Position numbers and translations under genes: made by a program. A stretch of 64,000 nt of DNA from Spirogloea muscicola (taxonomy: Eukaryota). Shown piece by piece: positions 32,361 through 45,140 of this stretch (positions within the stretch are counted from its first letter, which is position 1; each line of letters opens with the position of its first letter). The stretch lies in contig WELB01000011.1 of the NCBI GenBank assembly GCA_009602725.1, forward strand, positions 33,912 to 97,911, read 5' to 3'. The notes under the pieces are model-generated. The model saw only the letters and a program-made list of their open reading frames with translations. It did not search any database and had not been told where the DNA came from.

Positions 32361-32807
32361 TAACACAGAGGATATAACGTAGCCCTTAGGCAGTATGTGA
32401 GAGACCTCCTCTGGCTTAAGACTCCTATCTCTCTCTGTTCTGTAGGCAGCTTCAGGTGTGGTTGCGCGTATCCGATAATCGCAGTAGTTTGTAGCCCCGC
32501 ATCTTGTGCACTTCTTTGTCTTCGACTTAGATGTTTCTGTGAAAGCACTTGAACATGACATGCACTTGCTGTTTATTGTGCTCTCTGCGGATTTGTACGC
32601 TAAGGGATGGAATATGTGCTGCCCGAGGGATAGAGATGCCTGATGACCCACGCACTGATCCTCGTGCATCCCGCAAGTTGGGCAAGAGAAGTGCATGCTC
32701 CCAGTGCTCCCAAATCTTGGGTCGTAAAGGTCTAAAGACGAGGTAAGATCAAACGCCGCTATCTTTCTTATCTCTTCGTCGGACAGAAGAGATATCCTAG
32801 ACGCCAT
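32361..32807 (-). CDS. Fragment: N-terminal clamp/Zn-binding region of a multisubunit RNA polymerase largest subunit (RPB1/beta'-like), highly compacted, probably of viral or virus-like origin
   Basis: SLLSDEEIRKIA; LYDPRFG; CPTCG-x5-CVGH; IFHPL; CMSC...CTRCG; LKPEEVSHIL; YVISSVL. Intronless and markedly lower in GC than the flanking exons. Confidence 0.75.
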
Positions 32808-33070
32808 GCTCTCTGCTGTATCTCTTGCACCAGCGCGGTACACATACGGTCCGCTACTTGTCCCCCATTTTACATCATCATCTTGTTAAATTAACGCCCC
32901 CATTATCCCTTTCTACAATTATTGCCAGATATACATGCTTCACTTTAGGCAGCATTGTGGCAGATTTCTTCACAATTGACGGCCCACATAATAACACACA
33001 TACGAGGATAAAGCTGATGTCGGTTGGTGAGTCAGCCATCTCTCGCTCTGTACATTATTGTCCACCCCTN

Positions 33071-34111
33071 CCCGGCGCCGGCCCGCTGCCGCAGCTCAGG
33101 AGCCCCGCCGCTCACGGGGACGGCCGCTACCTGCTCGGCGGGCGACTGGGCGCCAAGGCCAAGCTCCAGAGCCTCGCTGCCGCCGGCGACGCCCACGCCG
33201 GCTGGCGCGACGAGAGCCACAGCCAGGACGAGCTGCTGGGTGCCGCCGCCAGCGGCAGCCCCGGGGCGGAGCCCGAGGGGCCGGCCGTCAGCGGCAGGAG
33301 GGAGCGCAAGGTGACGTGGAACGACGCCCACGGCTTCTCGCTCGTCTACGTCAAGGAGTTCGAGCCGAGGTCAGCCGGCGCTCCTCAGCCCACAGCTTCT
33401 GCGCGCTCACTTGGCGCCCAGTTGGGGTGAAGTGCCGCTTGCTGCCGCCGCCCAAGTGGGCACCTTGCTCGTGCAGCGACTGTCACGGTGTCGGCCACCC
33501 ATTGCATTGCATTGCGTTGCCCTGCAATCTGGTCGGCATCTGCTCTTGGTTGCTGGCAGCCCTGCCGCAGCTCGTCAAGGGTCCCCTGCCATGAAGAATG
33601 CTGTAGGCGGGGCCAAGCGTTTAGTATCGTGCTGTGCGACGTTGTTGTCAGCCGGTCGCACTTCTTGCATCAGCAGGCTGTTGCTTGCTGTCAGCAGGTC
33701 GACGTAGTGCTGCATACGTCCAGGATATTCGTCCTGGGTGCTGCATTCGTCTTGCTGGGCTTAGCACCTGGTCAATGACATCCCTGCAACATGCCAGTTG
33801 CTCCGTCCAGCCTGGGCTAGCGGATGAGGTTTCCTGAAGCCATAGGCAAACATGATGTGGTGCCAGGCTATGTGTCATGGATAGGCTGTGAGGTTACTAT
33901 TTTAAGTCAAGGCTATTGCCCTGCTGCCTTCACTTAAAGCTCTTCTGCATGGTAAACAGGATCTTGCGGTAGTGACAGCTCTGGACCGAAATGAGTAGCT
34001 CTGAGCGCAGATTTGTCTTGTTTCTGTCACTGCAGCGTCCACTCGGAGAGCTCGGATGATGATTATGAGGAGGGCGAAACTGGCCAGTCCTGCAGCTGCA
34101 CTATACAGTGA
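33071..34111 (+). CDS. Small plant-type protein with KVxW motif, acidic stretch and C-terminal CaaX-like end; exons <33071-33369, 34036-34111
   Basis: RKVTWNDAHGFSLVYVKEFEPS|VHSESSDDDYEEGETGQSCSCTIQ*; 5' end lost at the 'n' at 33070. Confidence 0.7.
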
Positions 34112-35078
34112 TGAAGGGGAGATGTTGTCCTCATTTCAGCTGCCTACCGCCAGGCCGTTTGCAGTGGGCCGTTTCTTGTGACAGAGGCTGTTCAGGGCCA
34201 CTCAGACAAGCTTGGAAGAAACAGTGCGTGCTCTAATCAGAGCAAGGCGAAGGTTGAAACCCAAGCCGGAGAGCACTTAGACTTCACAGATATGCGGCAA
34301 TACAGTCATTGTAAGCTGGAAGCCCGCTGTTGGACATGCCAGTTGAGAATACTGTCAGGTACAAGCAAGTGCACCGAACTTGCAGAGCCCAGATTCGCTC
34401 TGTCCTGCTTCTTTACTCAAGATGCGCTCCTTTGCTCTCACATTCTTAAGTGTGACCACCTAGTCTCCTCAGTAGTTGCTCTTGAGGTGGTATCTCCTAG
34501 AACAGCAGGTTCATGTTGTCAAACGCACCACTCACTGCGAAGTTTGGGTGAGAGTACATCAATTGGGAAGCATGGACTGGTCTTTGTGGTGCGATGGCAG
34601 CAACCAGCAGCTTCTGAGATTGACTGACCCAATACTACTTGTCCTCGTCTGACAACCTTGCCATCTGTAGTTGGAATGCTGGCTAGGTCTATGTACAACT
34701 TGTAGGCTAGCACCACCTATTGCCGCCACTTCTTAGTGGTGACAACAAGGCAGCCTGCATCTAGTACACGGAAGAGCCGACAGGGCTTTCTTCCAGCAAA
34801 TGTATCACCTTGTGCAGGCTTGTCACTTACAGGACAGGACGCCAGCAACTGCTTCGCAATGGTCCTGGGCCTACTCCTGTTGTGTTTTCGTCCTGAAATT
34901 CCTCACTAGCAAGTTCAGAAATGGGTGTCACGGAGGACATTGAGGAGTGAACCTAAAGACCATGACACCAACACCTGAGATAGTGTGCAACTCAAAGCCC
35001 GTGCTGCGGTCTACAGCGAAGGTGCAGGAAGCCTTGTGTCAAAACATCAAGCTTGTAGATACTTGCAAACCCTTACGT

Positions 35079-37656
35079 TCAGCCACCTATACTGGCCATG
35101 TGGCGTCTCAAGGGCGTGACTCCGTCAGAAGATAAGAGATCCCTGGGATCCAGCTGCTGCCCGCTGCCCGCTAAGAAGGGGTTTCCGGGAGCCTTGTGGC
35201 TGTGAGACTTGATCTCCTTCACTAGATTGAAGAAGCTACCAAGCTTTTCAGCATAGCTGCACATATGCATTACATCAGAACGATGTGCATGGTCAGTGCA
35301 CAACAACCTGTAAGCACGGGTGTGCAAGATGATGTCATTGAGCTCCTTCGGCTGAAGGGTTGCAAGCTAAGAAGATAGTCAAAGACACGCCTGCTATTGA
35401 CAGACTAGCAAATGACATCCTCAGTGCCAGGTACCCGCAAGGTCAGCAATAACATTGATGGTGACTTACAGGTTCTTGGCTGCATCATCCCTAACGAGGT
35501 CGATGTTCTGGTTGTAGTCCACACACAATGTCGGCACCTGCAACAGAGGCAGAGTACTTAGGCCTGAGTGCCACTGTCAAAGCCTCTACAGGCCTGCTAA
35601 TGGCATGATCGAAGGACTCCAAGATCCAAAATCCACCTGCAACATGCAGGGTACTATGCAGATCGCAGGTCACTTCAGGGCTTAAAGTCAGTTTCTAATA
35701 ATCAGGCCTCGAGATTTAGGTGGTGTCTGCCTCTCACCTCACGAATCGAGTGGTGCAAGTTGTCTCCCGCAAGACAGTACACTTCGCCCTCAATCTCCTT
35801 TGGGACCGGAATGCCCCCCCCTGGCCAGTCGCCCCGGATCAGCGTCTGCTTACCAGCATTGGTGTGGAATAACCACTGCTCGTGCTTCTCGTGAAGGTCC
35901 ATGAGGTAGTCTAGCGACACGGTGCCCTCCTCGGTGCGCGAGCGCCGATTGAGGCGCTGCTGGCATATGGCCGGCTCCGCCCTCAGGTAGATGAAGGCGT
36001 CGGGCACGAGGCCTGGCAACGAGGCCACGAATGGGTCGAACCACGAGTCATAGATGCTGAGCTCCATCTCTGACATCCACTTGGCCTCGTGCACGGCCCG
36101 AACAAATACCTGCCCCACGACGAACGCAAGCCAGATAATGCATCTGCCCTTTTCATTTTCCAGGCCGTCCAGCTACTCTCTGGCTACATTTGACACTGAA
36201 AATGATGATGTGGTTGTAAGTTGTAGAGAGCGGGACTTTGCTGTATGTCGGATCCCTGCGCACCATGCGGTCACTGAAGACAGAGCGCTCCATGAGCCGC
36301 AGCGGCTTCTGGCCGCCGCGGCTGTCCTTCTCTTGCATCATGCGGGTGACAAAGACATAGTTTTGGAACGTGTATGCAAATCGCTGCGGCTCCTTGTAGA
36401 ACGCTTCCAGGATGTTGAAGTGGTCTTTCCCAATATCCTGCCACTTGTCGATGGGCTCTGGGACAATCTCCACGAGCTCCTGCAGCTGTGTAGTCTGTTG
36501 TGCAATGGTCTGTAAGAAGGTGGACTTGCCAACGCTGCACAGTCCAAGAAGGGCATTGTGTAAGAGTATAGCAACTTCAACCCACACAAGGCTCAGCACA
36601 AGCATGCAATTTGTGTGTCAGCATGCTGCCCTGCGAGGGTCAGACAGCAAGTAGTCGCTAATCTTGGACGAGGACGATAGCACTGACTTTTTGCAGGCAA
36701 GTGTGACAACACGGAGCAACCATGATCCGTCTTCCCATGCATGGAATCGGCTTTGCAGGCGAGTGCAAAAGCATGAGAGAGCGTGCACATGCAATGCCAA
36801 AAGTCCCCAGACCTTAAGCACAGCATGGTGCCAAGGCGTACCTTATGTTGCCTTCCACACAGAAGGTGAGCCGCTGCCTGCCACCAGCCTCCGTGCTCTT
36901 GCTCTGCTCCTCCTCCACAGTGCTCTTCACGAAGTCGGTAATCCGCGTCGCGTGGTGCTTGAAGTGGATGCCCACGTCGCTCTGCAGATACTCCACCATC
37001 TTCTCGGCCCCGTAGTTGGCAAACTGCCAGAGGGTGCAGCACAAGGCCAACTTCAGACAGCGGCACGAACCCACTCAGCACCGACATACGTACTGTGATC
37101 CGTGCATGCATGCAACTCATGCAGGTGGCCTGGCTGCGACGCCACGAATGGTCAAGGCCCTGTGGAACCCCAGGACTCCAAAAGTTACTAAGCTTAGCCT
37201 GCATCCACCTTGTCGAGGTAAAGCTGCTTGAGGTGGGCAACGCCGAGGATGCCCTTGGCCTTGAGCTTCTCCATGTACCGCGGCCCGATGCCCGGCACCA
37301 GCATCAGCTCGTTCTCCAGGTGCGACAGCTCCAGCTTGCGCAGCGCCCGGCGCCGCCGCTCCGGCGGGGGCTTTGCCACTGCCACAACCTTCCCGCCGCG
37401 CTCCATGGAGGAAGCCCTGGCGGCCTCTTGTTCCGCGGACGCTGACGCCACGGTCATCAAGCCGGGCTCGGTGGCGGCGGCGGCGGCTTCTGTCGCTAAG
37501 AGGTCTTGACGGCCGTCAGCCACGGCGGCAGCATTGACGTCGACGACCGCGTCTGTGCCGGCTACGTCATCTGCGGCCGGGCGCTCCGCACCGGGGCCTC
37601 CCGCGCCTCTGCCGCCGCCGCCGTCGCCGTCCCCACCACCGCCGCCGCCGCCGCCG
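35079..37656 (-). CDS. dNK: Multisubstrate deoxyribonucleoside kinase (plant dNK type) with N-terminal HhH-like segment; 5' end at 'n'
   Basis: VPGIGPR; FCVEGNI|SVGKST P-loop; VPEPIDKW; LMERSVFSDR; FIYLRAEP; LHEKHEQWL. Confidence 0.92.
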
Positions 37657-37687
37657 NAAAAAAAAAAAAAAAAAAAAACGATCTACT

Positions 37688-37721
<34 letters not shown>

Positions 37722-37876
37722 AGGCGGGGGACGGGACGCGCAGCGAGCGCGGCCGTCGCTCGTTCTGCGTTCCGTCGGCGCGCCGTCGAGCGGCGACGGT
37801 GCCTGGCTCCGCGCTTGACGGCGCGTGGCCGAGAAGTCCTTTCTGACTCGGGAAAAGCTCTGACCAACGAGCCTTA

Positions 37877-38266
37877 GGGCCTGTTTACACTTGGTCAGGT
37901 CGTGACGATCTCATTGAGCTCCCCGTCAGAGGAGTGGTCGCGGCCACGGAGGCCGAGGCCGCCTGCACGTGCGGACGTGTACATGACATTTCGTGGAATT
38001 GGGGGGGGGGCGGTGCCAGCTGATTCTTTTCGGGCGGGTCCGCGGGGGGAGGGGGGTTGGAGGGGGCCCGATTTCGACCGCCCTCGTGGCACACGGCGCC
38101 GTTTCCTCCTTAACGGGGGCAAATGTCGTCCTGGTCAGCGTCCGATGTGGCGCCGTCGTGGCGGGGTGACCGCGACCCGGCGCGCAAGGTTGTAAAGCCG
38201 TTCTTTCCATACAACGCGCGACACGTAACCCCCGACCCGACCACCCGACCAAGTGACAACAGGCCC
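37877..38266. mobile_element. Tourist-like (PIF/Harbinger) MITE, 390 bp
   Basis: TIRs GGGCCTGTTTACACTTGGTC and GACCAAGTGACAACAGGCCC (18/20 match); TTA target-site duplication at 37874-37876 and 38267-38269; no transposase ORF. Confidence 0.85.
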
Positions 38267-40581
38267 TTAGTTTAAATACCCTTCAAGTTTTTGGCCGATT
38301 CACACCCGTTCGGACGGGCGGCCAATTGGCCTCGAATTGGCCTCGACTTGGCGATGGCTGAACTCCGGGCGTTCATACATCGCGCGACACGTACGCCTCG
38401 GCCGCGTCCGTCCGTCCACGTGTGAATCGGCTAGCAACGGCTGTGAGCGGCCAGCCCAGAAGAATAATGCAAGCATTCAATTCCAGAATGACACTATGCG
38501 TAGAGCACACTTATGCCTCCAAAGCTAGTCGTGGTCCTTGCAGCATGTCTTCTTGACTCACAAACTGTGTAAAACATTGACCACTAGCGACCAGCTGCAG
38601 CTCATGTTGCACTTCTGCATGCAGAGCCAATATGTCGAGCTGACGCGCAGTGCCTGATTGGGCATGCTCACGGACAAACAGCAGATGGAACGCGACCGAG
38701 CACTGTGCACTGCTGACTACAGCAACCACGGTGTTGAGCACAGCACGTTGGTGGAATCTGCACAAAAGCGTTGCAGACTGTGAAGGTAGCGCACCTTGCA
38801 ACATGATGGCCAGTGACCTACGACCTTCCTCAGGCATTCCACGTCCCTGAGTGGAGCTCCCGTCCACCAGCAGATGGTAAGCCTCAAAGTATGCACAAGT
38901 AGAGCTGGTAGCAGTGCAAGCCTGGTCAAATTGATAATGATTCAATCAAGCATGGACAAGTGAATGCACGAGCACACTGCATTTACTGGCTGATAAGGAA
39001 CTCCGAATTGCAATTTTCAGTGATGGTCAGTCAATCAAGGACAGTGTTTTTGGTTTGATGGTCGCAGCCGAACGGACTTTTCTAGTCGCTGGTCACAAAG
39101 CCGGATACGAAATCCAGAGCCAAGCAGCGCTCCTAGAGATTGAAGCTCGTCGCCGTGCCACAGCCTCCCATGTTTTTACCTGTCAGGGTCTCGCTAATGC
39201 CCTATGTAGGTCCGACGATCTCCAAAGTCTCACTTAGAGTCTCTCGTAATTGCACATCTTGCCTCCCTGGCCTTCCTCTGGGGCGGCCGTCGCTGGTCCT
39301 CAGTATCACATTCAGTTGGAAGAGGCATGAGCACGTGCAGAACCTAACGAGTGTCACCGTGAGCCATTGCAGCGTAAGGTACTCAAATCTTTCCGACAGT
39401 CCCTATCCAGAAATTACTTCATAGCACGTAAGGTCATATGCTGATACGCATCAACATGCATGGGCAAGCAGGTCTGAGTCAGACATACTCAATGCAGCCA
39501 TTGACAAGACGCTGCATACTAACCTACTGCCTGAGCAGGGCTGCATCATGTGGAGCATGTACACGGCATTCCTTGTTGCGCACCAGCAGTTCTCATTGCT
39601 GGCATTCTGCTCATTCGCTTTTGCTCCTATATCATGGCACTGGTTAGCCAGTCAGCCCTTTCAGCTTCCCCTTAAGAGAGGCCAGTTGGCTGGAGTCAGG
39701 TATATGAGAGCAGCTCTGTCTGCAAAGGTTGGTTTAGCAGGCAGGGTTGTCGTGCTGAGCGAGGGAGCAACCTCACTGTCAGGGGGTCCACTACGCGACC
39801 TCCAGTCAGTATCTCATGGCACCATCGCTTGCTTGCCCGCAGAACCAGCTCTGCAGTGCCAGTGGCTGGTCACAGGGCTGGGCTACATAGCTATTGGACT
39901 GAGGCCACGGAGACACAGAATCTGAAGCTTGCAATCCAGCAAATCAAACATGGACCAGAAAGTGGACGAATGCATTGCCCAACTTTTCACGTAGTTGTGC
40001 CCTTGATTGAGGTGATCTTTGAGAAGACAGGAGGTCAAAAGTTGTACTAAGCAATGCATGGTTAACAATGTCAATCGCACCTTTAGCAGATTGAGGCAGC
40101 CTCAGGCTAGCAAAAAACTCCCAATGCTCAGGCAAACCGAACTGTACAAAGCTGACGTGCAACTCTCCTGCGTAGGATCTTGCTCTCCACAGCATCCATT
40201 GGCTGGAGAAGAAGGTCCTAGGCAGGAGAGTAGCACATCAAGACCCAAGCACCTGGATGGTGGATGTGGTGTCGATGTTAGCTCGATTGACTCGTGTCCT
40301 TCAGGCTCGATTGTTTCCTAGTGGGGGCTGACATCAAAACTCTACTACAAAAATGACTACTGGTGCTTGAGGAGCCAGATCCTGACACCAGGTTTAGCAG
40401 GTGCAGCAGGTGCAGCATGCTCATTTTCTTCTTGTCTTGAAAGGTATCCACAAGGTCCACAAACTTGACGAGGTTGACAAAATTGCAGTCGATGTAGTGT
40501 GTCTGAAGTGGCATACACCAGAATAGTGCTACTGGTAAGGTAATGGATGTGAAAACAAATAGCCGCACCCAGGAAATGGCA

Positions 40582-42878
40582 TCAGGACTTTATACTGCTC
40601 AAGTCCTGCAAAATCTGAGACAAGCAAATTGGGCAGATCAGTTGCTAGCAATATGGACAACATCAGCAGAAGACCTCAGAACACGCTGAACATGCAGATA
40701 TGTATGTTGGTAGGATTATATCATGGGACAAAGAGCAGGCATTGGCGTGCACCTCCCGAAAGCTTGGCCGGAATTGGGGATTCGCCTGCCAGCACTGCTC
40801 AATCAGATATCGGAGTCGCTTTGGACAGGTGGTGGGTATCACAGGTCGCAGACCACTTTGAATGACAGCCGCAGCAGCCTGGACGTAAGGCAGGATGGCG
40901 CAACCATCAAGAATACCTCCAGGAGGAACTTCAGGCAAGCACAAGGTGCCACAGGACATGGAAAGAGAAAATTGGGTGACAAGCATGGACACAGAGAAAG
41001 TGTAAGACTGCCTTGATGTCACAGGCAAGTACGAGAACACATTCAGGACATTCACAAAGGCCTTGTCCACTCTTGCGCCATGCTGTTTGCTCACCTGCAT
41101 CGGCAAATACTCGTCATATGGGAGCTTTGACGTAAGAAGTTCCCAGAGGACAATCCCATATGAATAAACGTCCAGCGCGCTTGCATGTTGCGTGCTCTGT
41201 GACTTAGCACATGCTGCATTGTGGCCCTGTAGCTTGGTCATTGACACTTCTGGCGCCATCCACCGGTAGGTCTCAGGCTCCACAATGTCATGTGAAGCGC
41301 GCCAACCGCTCATGAGGGCCGTGCCAAAGTCAGCCACACTGGCCTTGCCATCCTGGTCAAGAAGGATGTTTGCAGTCTGCACCCTCAAAAAGGCAAACTG
41401 CTGTTAGCAGATTGCAGATTGGACAGAAAGGATGCATGAAGAAGCCTTCACATTCAGAAGCTGTCACGGCAAGGCGAGATCAAAGACAAAGAAAACTACT
41501 GACAAGAGCCGTGCTGCCATGAGAAGGTGTGGTGTTGATGAGCCATTACCTTGAGATCACGGTGAACGACATCCTGAGAATGCAGGAACTGCATGCCTTC
41601 TGCAATGTCATGCGCCAGCTCGAGCACTCTTCTCAGCTCCAGCTGTTGATTGCGATGCAAGAAGTCGTGCAGGCTGCATGTCATGTACTTGCTGACAATG
41701 CATACATTCCTCCCCACCATAGCGGCTCCAATCACAGGCACCACGTTCTTGTGATTCGCCACTCTGCACCCAACAGCCAAGACGAGCATGTGAGCCATGC
41801 TGACCGCTGATGCCGTCGCTTCTTAGCAGCACTGCGGCATGGTGGTGGTCTGGCTGAGACTAAGAGTTCGCATCGGGCGATGCAGCTCAGGGCTGGACAG
41901 CGGCCAGACCTGGACTGACACCTTGGGGCATGTGCAAGGGGCCACCAGGAGGCCTGGGGGTGAGGTTACCTGAGAACCGCCAGCTCACGTGCCAGTGCCT
42001 GCTGAGCAAGCTGTTGCACGACTTTGATGGCCACGTCTTGGCCATCGTACTGACCACGGAAGACCCACGACGAACTCCCGGTCGCTATCTGCTCACCAAA
42101 CTGCAGCTTCCTCGCATCAAGAGGCGGGCAATGTCCTCCCATGTGGGGAAACGGCGCTGGCTTGCTCTGCCCTGCCCGAGGTGAGACCACCGGGAAGTGC
42201 CTGCTGTACTCGGAGTAACGGCCGGAGGAGGCTGGCGCCTCCAAGCGAGGTGTGATCCGAAGTCTGCAGGGGCCGGCACTGTCCACATGCACATCTCTAC
42301 TAGCGGTCTGCTCTCCTGTCTCCCGGAGCCTGTCCTCCGCAGCATCGTCTTCCATGGCTGCAAGGCCATCATCATCTGTTATGCAAGAGGCATCGTCCTG
42401 AAGCCTGCAGGGAGCCAGACAGCCACGCGTCGACAAAAGTCACAAAATAGGAGGTGATAGTGTCTCGCAACTGCATATAGGACAGGTAGATCCGACACAT
42501 GCACACAACGTCACATTCAGTTGAGGATGTCTACTGCATGTGTTTAGCATGTCCCCATACGACAGGACAGAGAAAGAGGATGACGCAGAAGATAGCTACT
42601 TACTCTGGCACAACTTTGGTGGCGACAGACTGCAGGCATCCGGATGCCAGGCTGCTGCAAGACGGCTGCCGCGCCGCCGACAAGCCATGCCGCCGGCGCT
42701 TCTTCGGCGCATCGACGACGCTGGCGACGGGCTCCGACACCCGCACGCCAAAGGCCTTGGCGACAGCGACCAGGGTCCTGGCCTTCCAGACCGACACCGG
42801 GCGGGGTCCAGCGGCGGCGGGCGACCTCTGGCTCCCGGGCACGCGCAGCGCGCCGTCCTCGCGCCACGGCGTAGACAT
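40582..42878 (-). CDS. Raf-like (group C/STY-type) protein kinase
   Basis: IATGSSSWVFRG; DVAIKV; VVHRDLK|TANILL; VADFG; TYRWMAPEV; DVYSYGIVLWELLT; CWQANPQFRPSF; last exon ILQDLSSIKS*. The start codon is tentative. Confidence 0.88.
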
Positions 42879-45140
42879 GCGTGCCGCCGCTGCAGCGCGC
42901 GGGGGCGCGCCGGAGGCGGCGGCGGCGGCGGCGGCGGCGGCGGGGTGGGGAGCGGGTGCTGGTGGTGGTGGAGCGGGTGTAGAAGGCAGCCTGGATAAAA
43001 GTGGGCTGTCGGTGACGAGGACGTGGGCCGGGCCGACGATGGGGAAAAGATAGGGGCATTGCGGTGGGAGGAGGGCCACCGGAGGGCCACGACGGGACCA
43101 AAAGGCCAGCCGCGTGTGCGGGAACAGTGGCCCAGGGCAGCGGCGGCCGCGAGGAACAGCTGGAAAGGTGCGCGCCGCGCTGGAGATATTTCCGCGGGGC
43201 TGGGAAAGTAAAAGGGGGGCGTCGTCGACCCCCCGGCGTGGGATCCCCTACTCCACTTTCCCAAAGGCGCAGACCAGCGGGCCGCCACATGGTGCCGGCC
43301 ACTCGTAGGGCCTCCCCGGCGTCGCTGGTGGCAGCGCCGCTCGGGGCCCCACGTCTGGAAGATCCGACAGCAGCCGCTTTCTCACGTGGCTTTCTCTTCG
43401 ATCTGAGGCTGCTCAACCTGGGGATATTTTGAGCACCCAGTGGCCGCCGCTTGAGTCGCTGTGAGCTTTAGCGCTTTTCTGGCCCCTCCGATCTTCTTTC
43501 ACTCTCTTTCCTGGGCTGGCCAATGACAGGCATCGCCCACGACTGGAAGCGTCTCTCTGTCACGTGGGCGCCCCCCTATTTCCGCGCCGCCCCCCACTTC
43601 CGGTTCGACCGCCCGCCTGCCCAGGCTTCACGTCAGCTAGCCCAGCTTTGTACCTCCTTTGCCCTTGGACGAACAGCGGGTTGGCTCGGCTTGGCCTCCT
43701 CTCCGTCGTATGGGAGTGCAAACCGCGCCTTCCCACCGGTGCCGCCCGCGGCTCTTCTCCAGTTCCAAAACTAGCGCGTTCGCGTCAATTAGCCCGCCTG
43801 TTTGCACATCCTTTGCCCTCCGCATGAACATAATTATATTATATTGTATTTGGCTCTGCTTGACCTCCCTTCCATTTAGATTCATGCGCACCACGCGCTT
43901 TTCCCCTCTCGCCCCAGCTGCCCTCGCACATCTCTGGCGAACATCGACCGCTGCTGATTCAAGCCCCGTAGCTGGAATTTCCTGCCAAAATCTCCTGCAT
44001 CGCACAATATCCTGGTGAAAACAAAAAGCTCTTCCAAGTGGGCGATGGCTGTGACTCCTGATGTAAAGTTCTCCTTTCGGGATGTTTGAGCACCCATGGA
44101 AATGACTGGCCACTTGCGTAGCTGTATGCTTCAGCGCTTTTTGGCCCATGCGGACCATGTCTTATATCTTTCGGCTGGCCTTCCAACCGCTATTGCCCCC
44201 CTTCGGGAAGAGCTTTCAGAATAGGAGATGAAGGCCAACTCCTGTGCTGTGCCCTGGACCTGCTGATCTGAGCTGCTCTCCTGCTCTCTGAGTGGACAAC
44301 TCCACCCGTGCTTGGCCACGGTGGTCCAAAGCGGACGAGCAAAAGAGGGGCGGCGATGGGTGCGGCAGCAAACCTGCCAGCTGACCCTTGGAGCCAGGCA
44401 CACCGCGGTGGTGAGACTCGTAGTAATAGGGCCAAATGCGGCCTGAAGCAACCACAGAGAATCGCCGCGGCCCATTTCTTGTACACCATTTGCATCGGAA
44501 GCATTGTCAACCTTTTAAGTAAAGGGTTTGGGTTTGAAATACGAGATAAACAGATAGCCGTGCTGATGCCTGACGCCACATCACACTTGCAAATGCAACG
44601 TCTTCTTGAGGCTGCACAAGCTTTTGTCAGCAGTTGTACACGATCAAGACCCCTTCTCCCTCCTCCATGCCTTTGTTCACAACGTTCCCTGCTCAATGAT
44701 GGACATATACGTGTGCAACACAATGTCGTGATCGATGCACCGAGGAGCACATACCCCCCTGCACACATAAGGTCTACACTGAAGCTGACATTGGGCCTGA
44801 TACTAATTAACCTTTATTGCAATGGTTGCTACACCTCAAGTCGCCAGATTCGTTGATAACTAACAATTTTCTACCGAGCACAGCCATGCCGTGCACATTG
44901 AATGGGGCATGCAGGTCGTCACTATGCCACCCCGTACATCAATATAAATAGAATAGCAATATTCAAGCACGACAAGTTGCTGCACAGCAAGAATGTCAAT
45001 AAAAGAATAGAAGAACCAATTGGGGCCTCTAGAGGAAGCACTCGAGATGCTCATGACACAAAGAGGGCAATCTAAATGACAACTCATCGCTGTCCAATGC
45101 CACGGCTAACTGCCAACAATAGCCATCTGAGCTCGACCCC

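Noticed and set aside
37657..37685. Poly-A tract as a retroposed tail
   Set aside because: It starts exactly at a scaffold 'n' between GCC/GGC runs, so it is likely an assembly or read-end artefact.
38500..40400. Several 65-145 aa ORFs, possibly a decayed gene
   Set aside because: No recognisable motif, and the frames are interrupted by stops.
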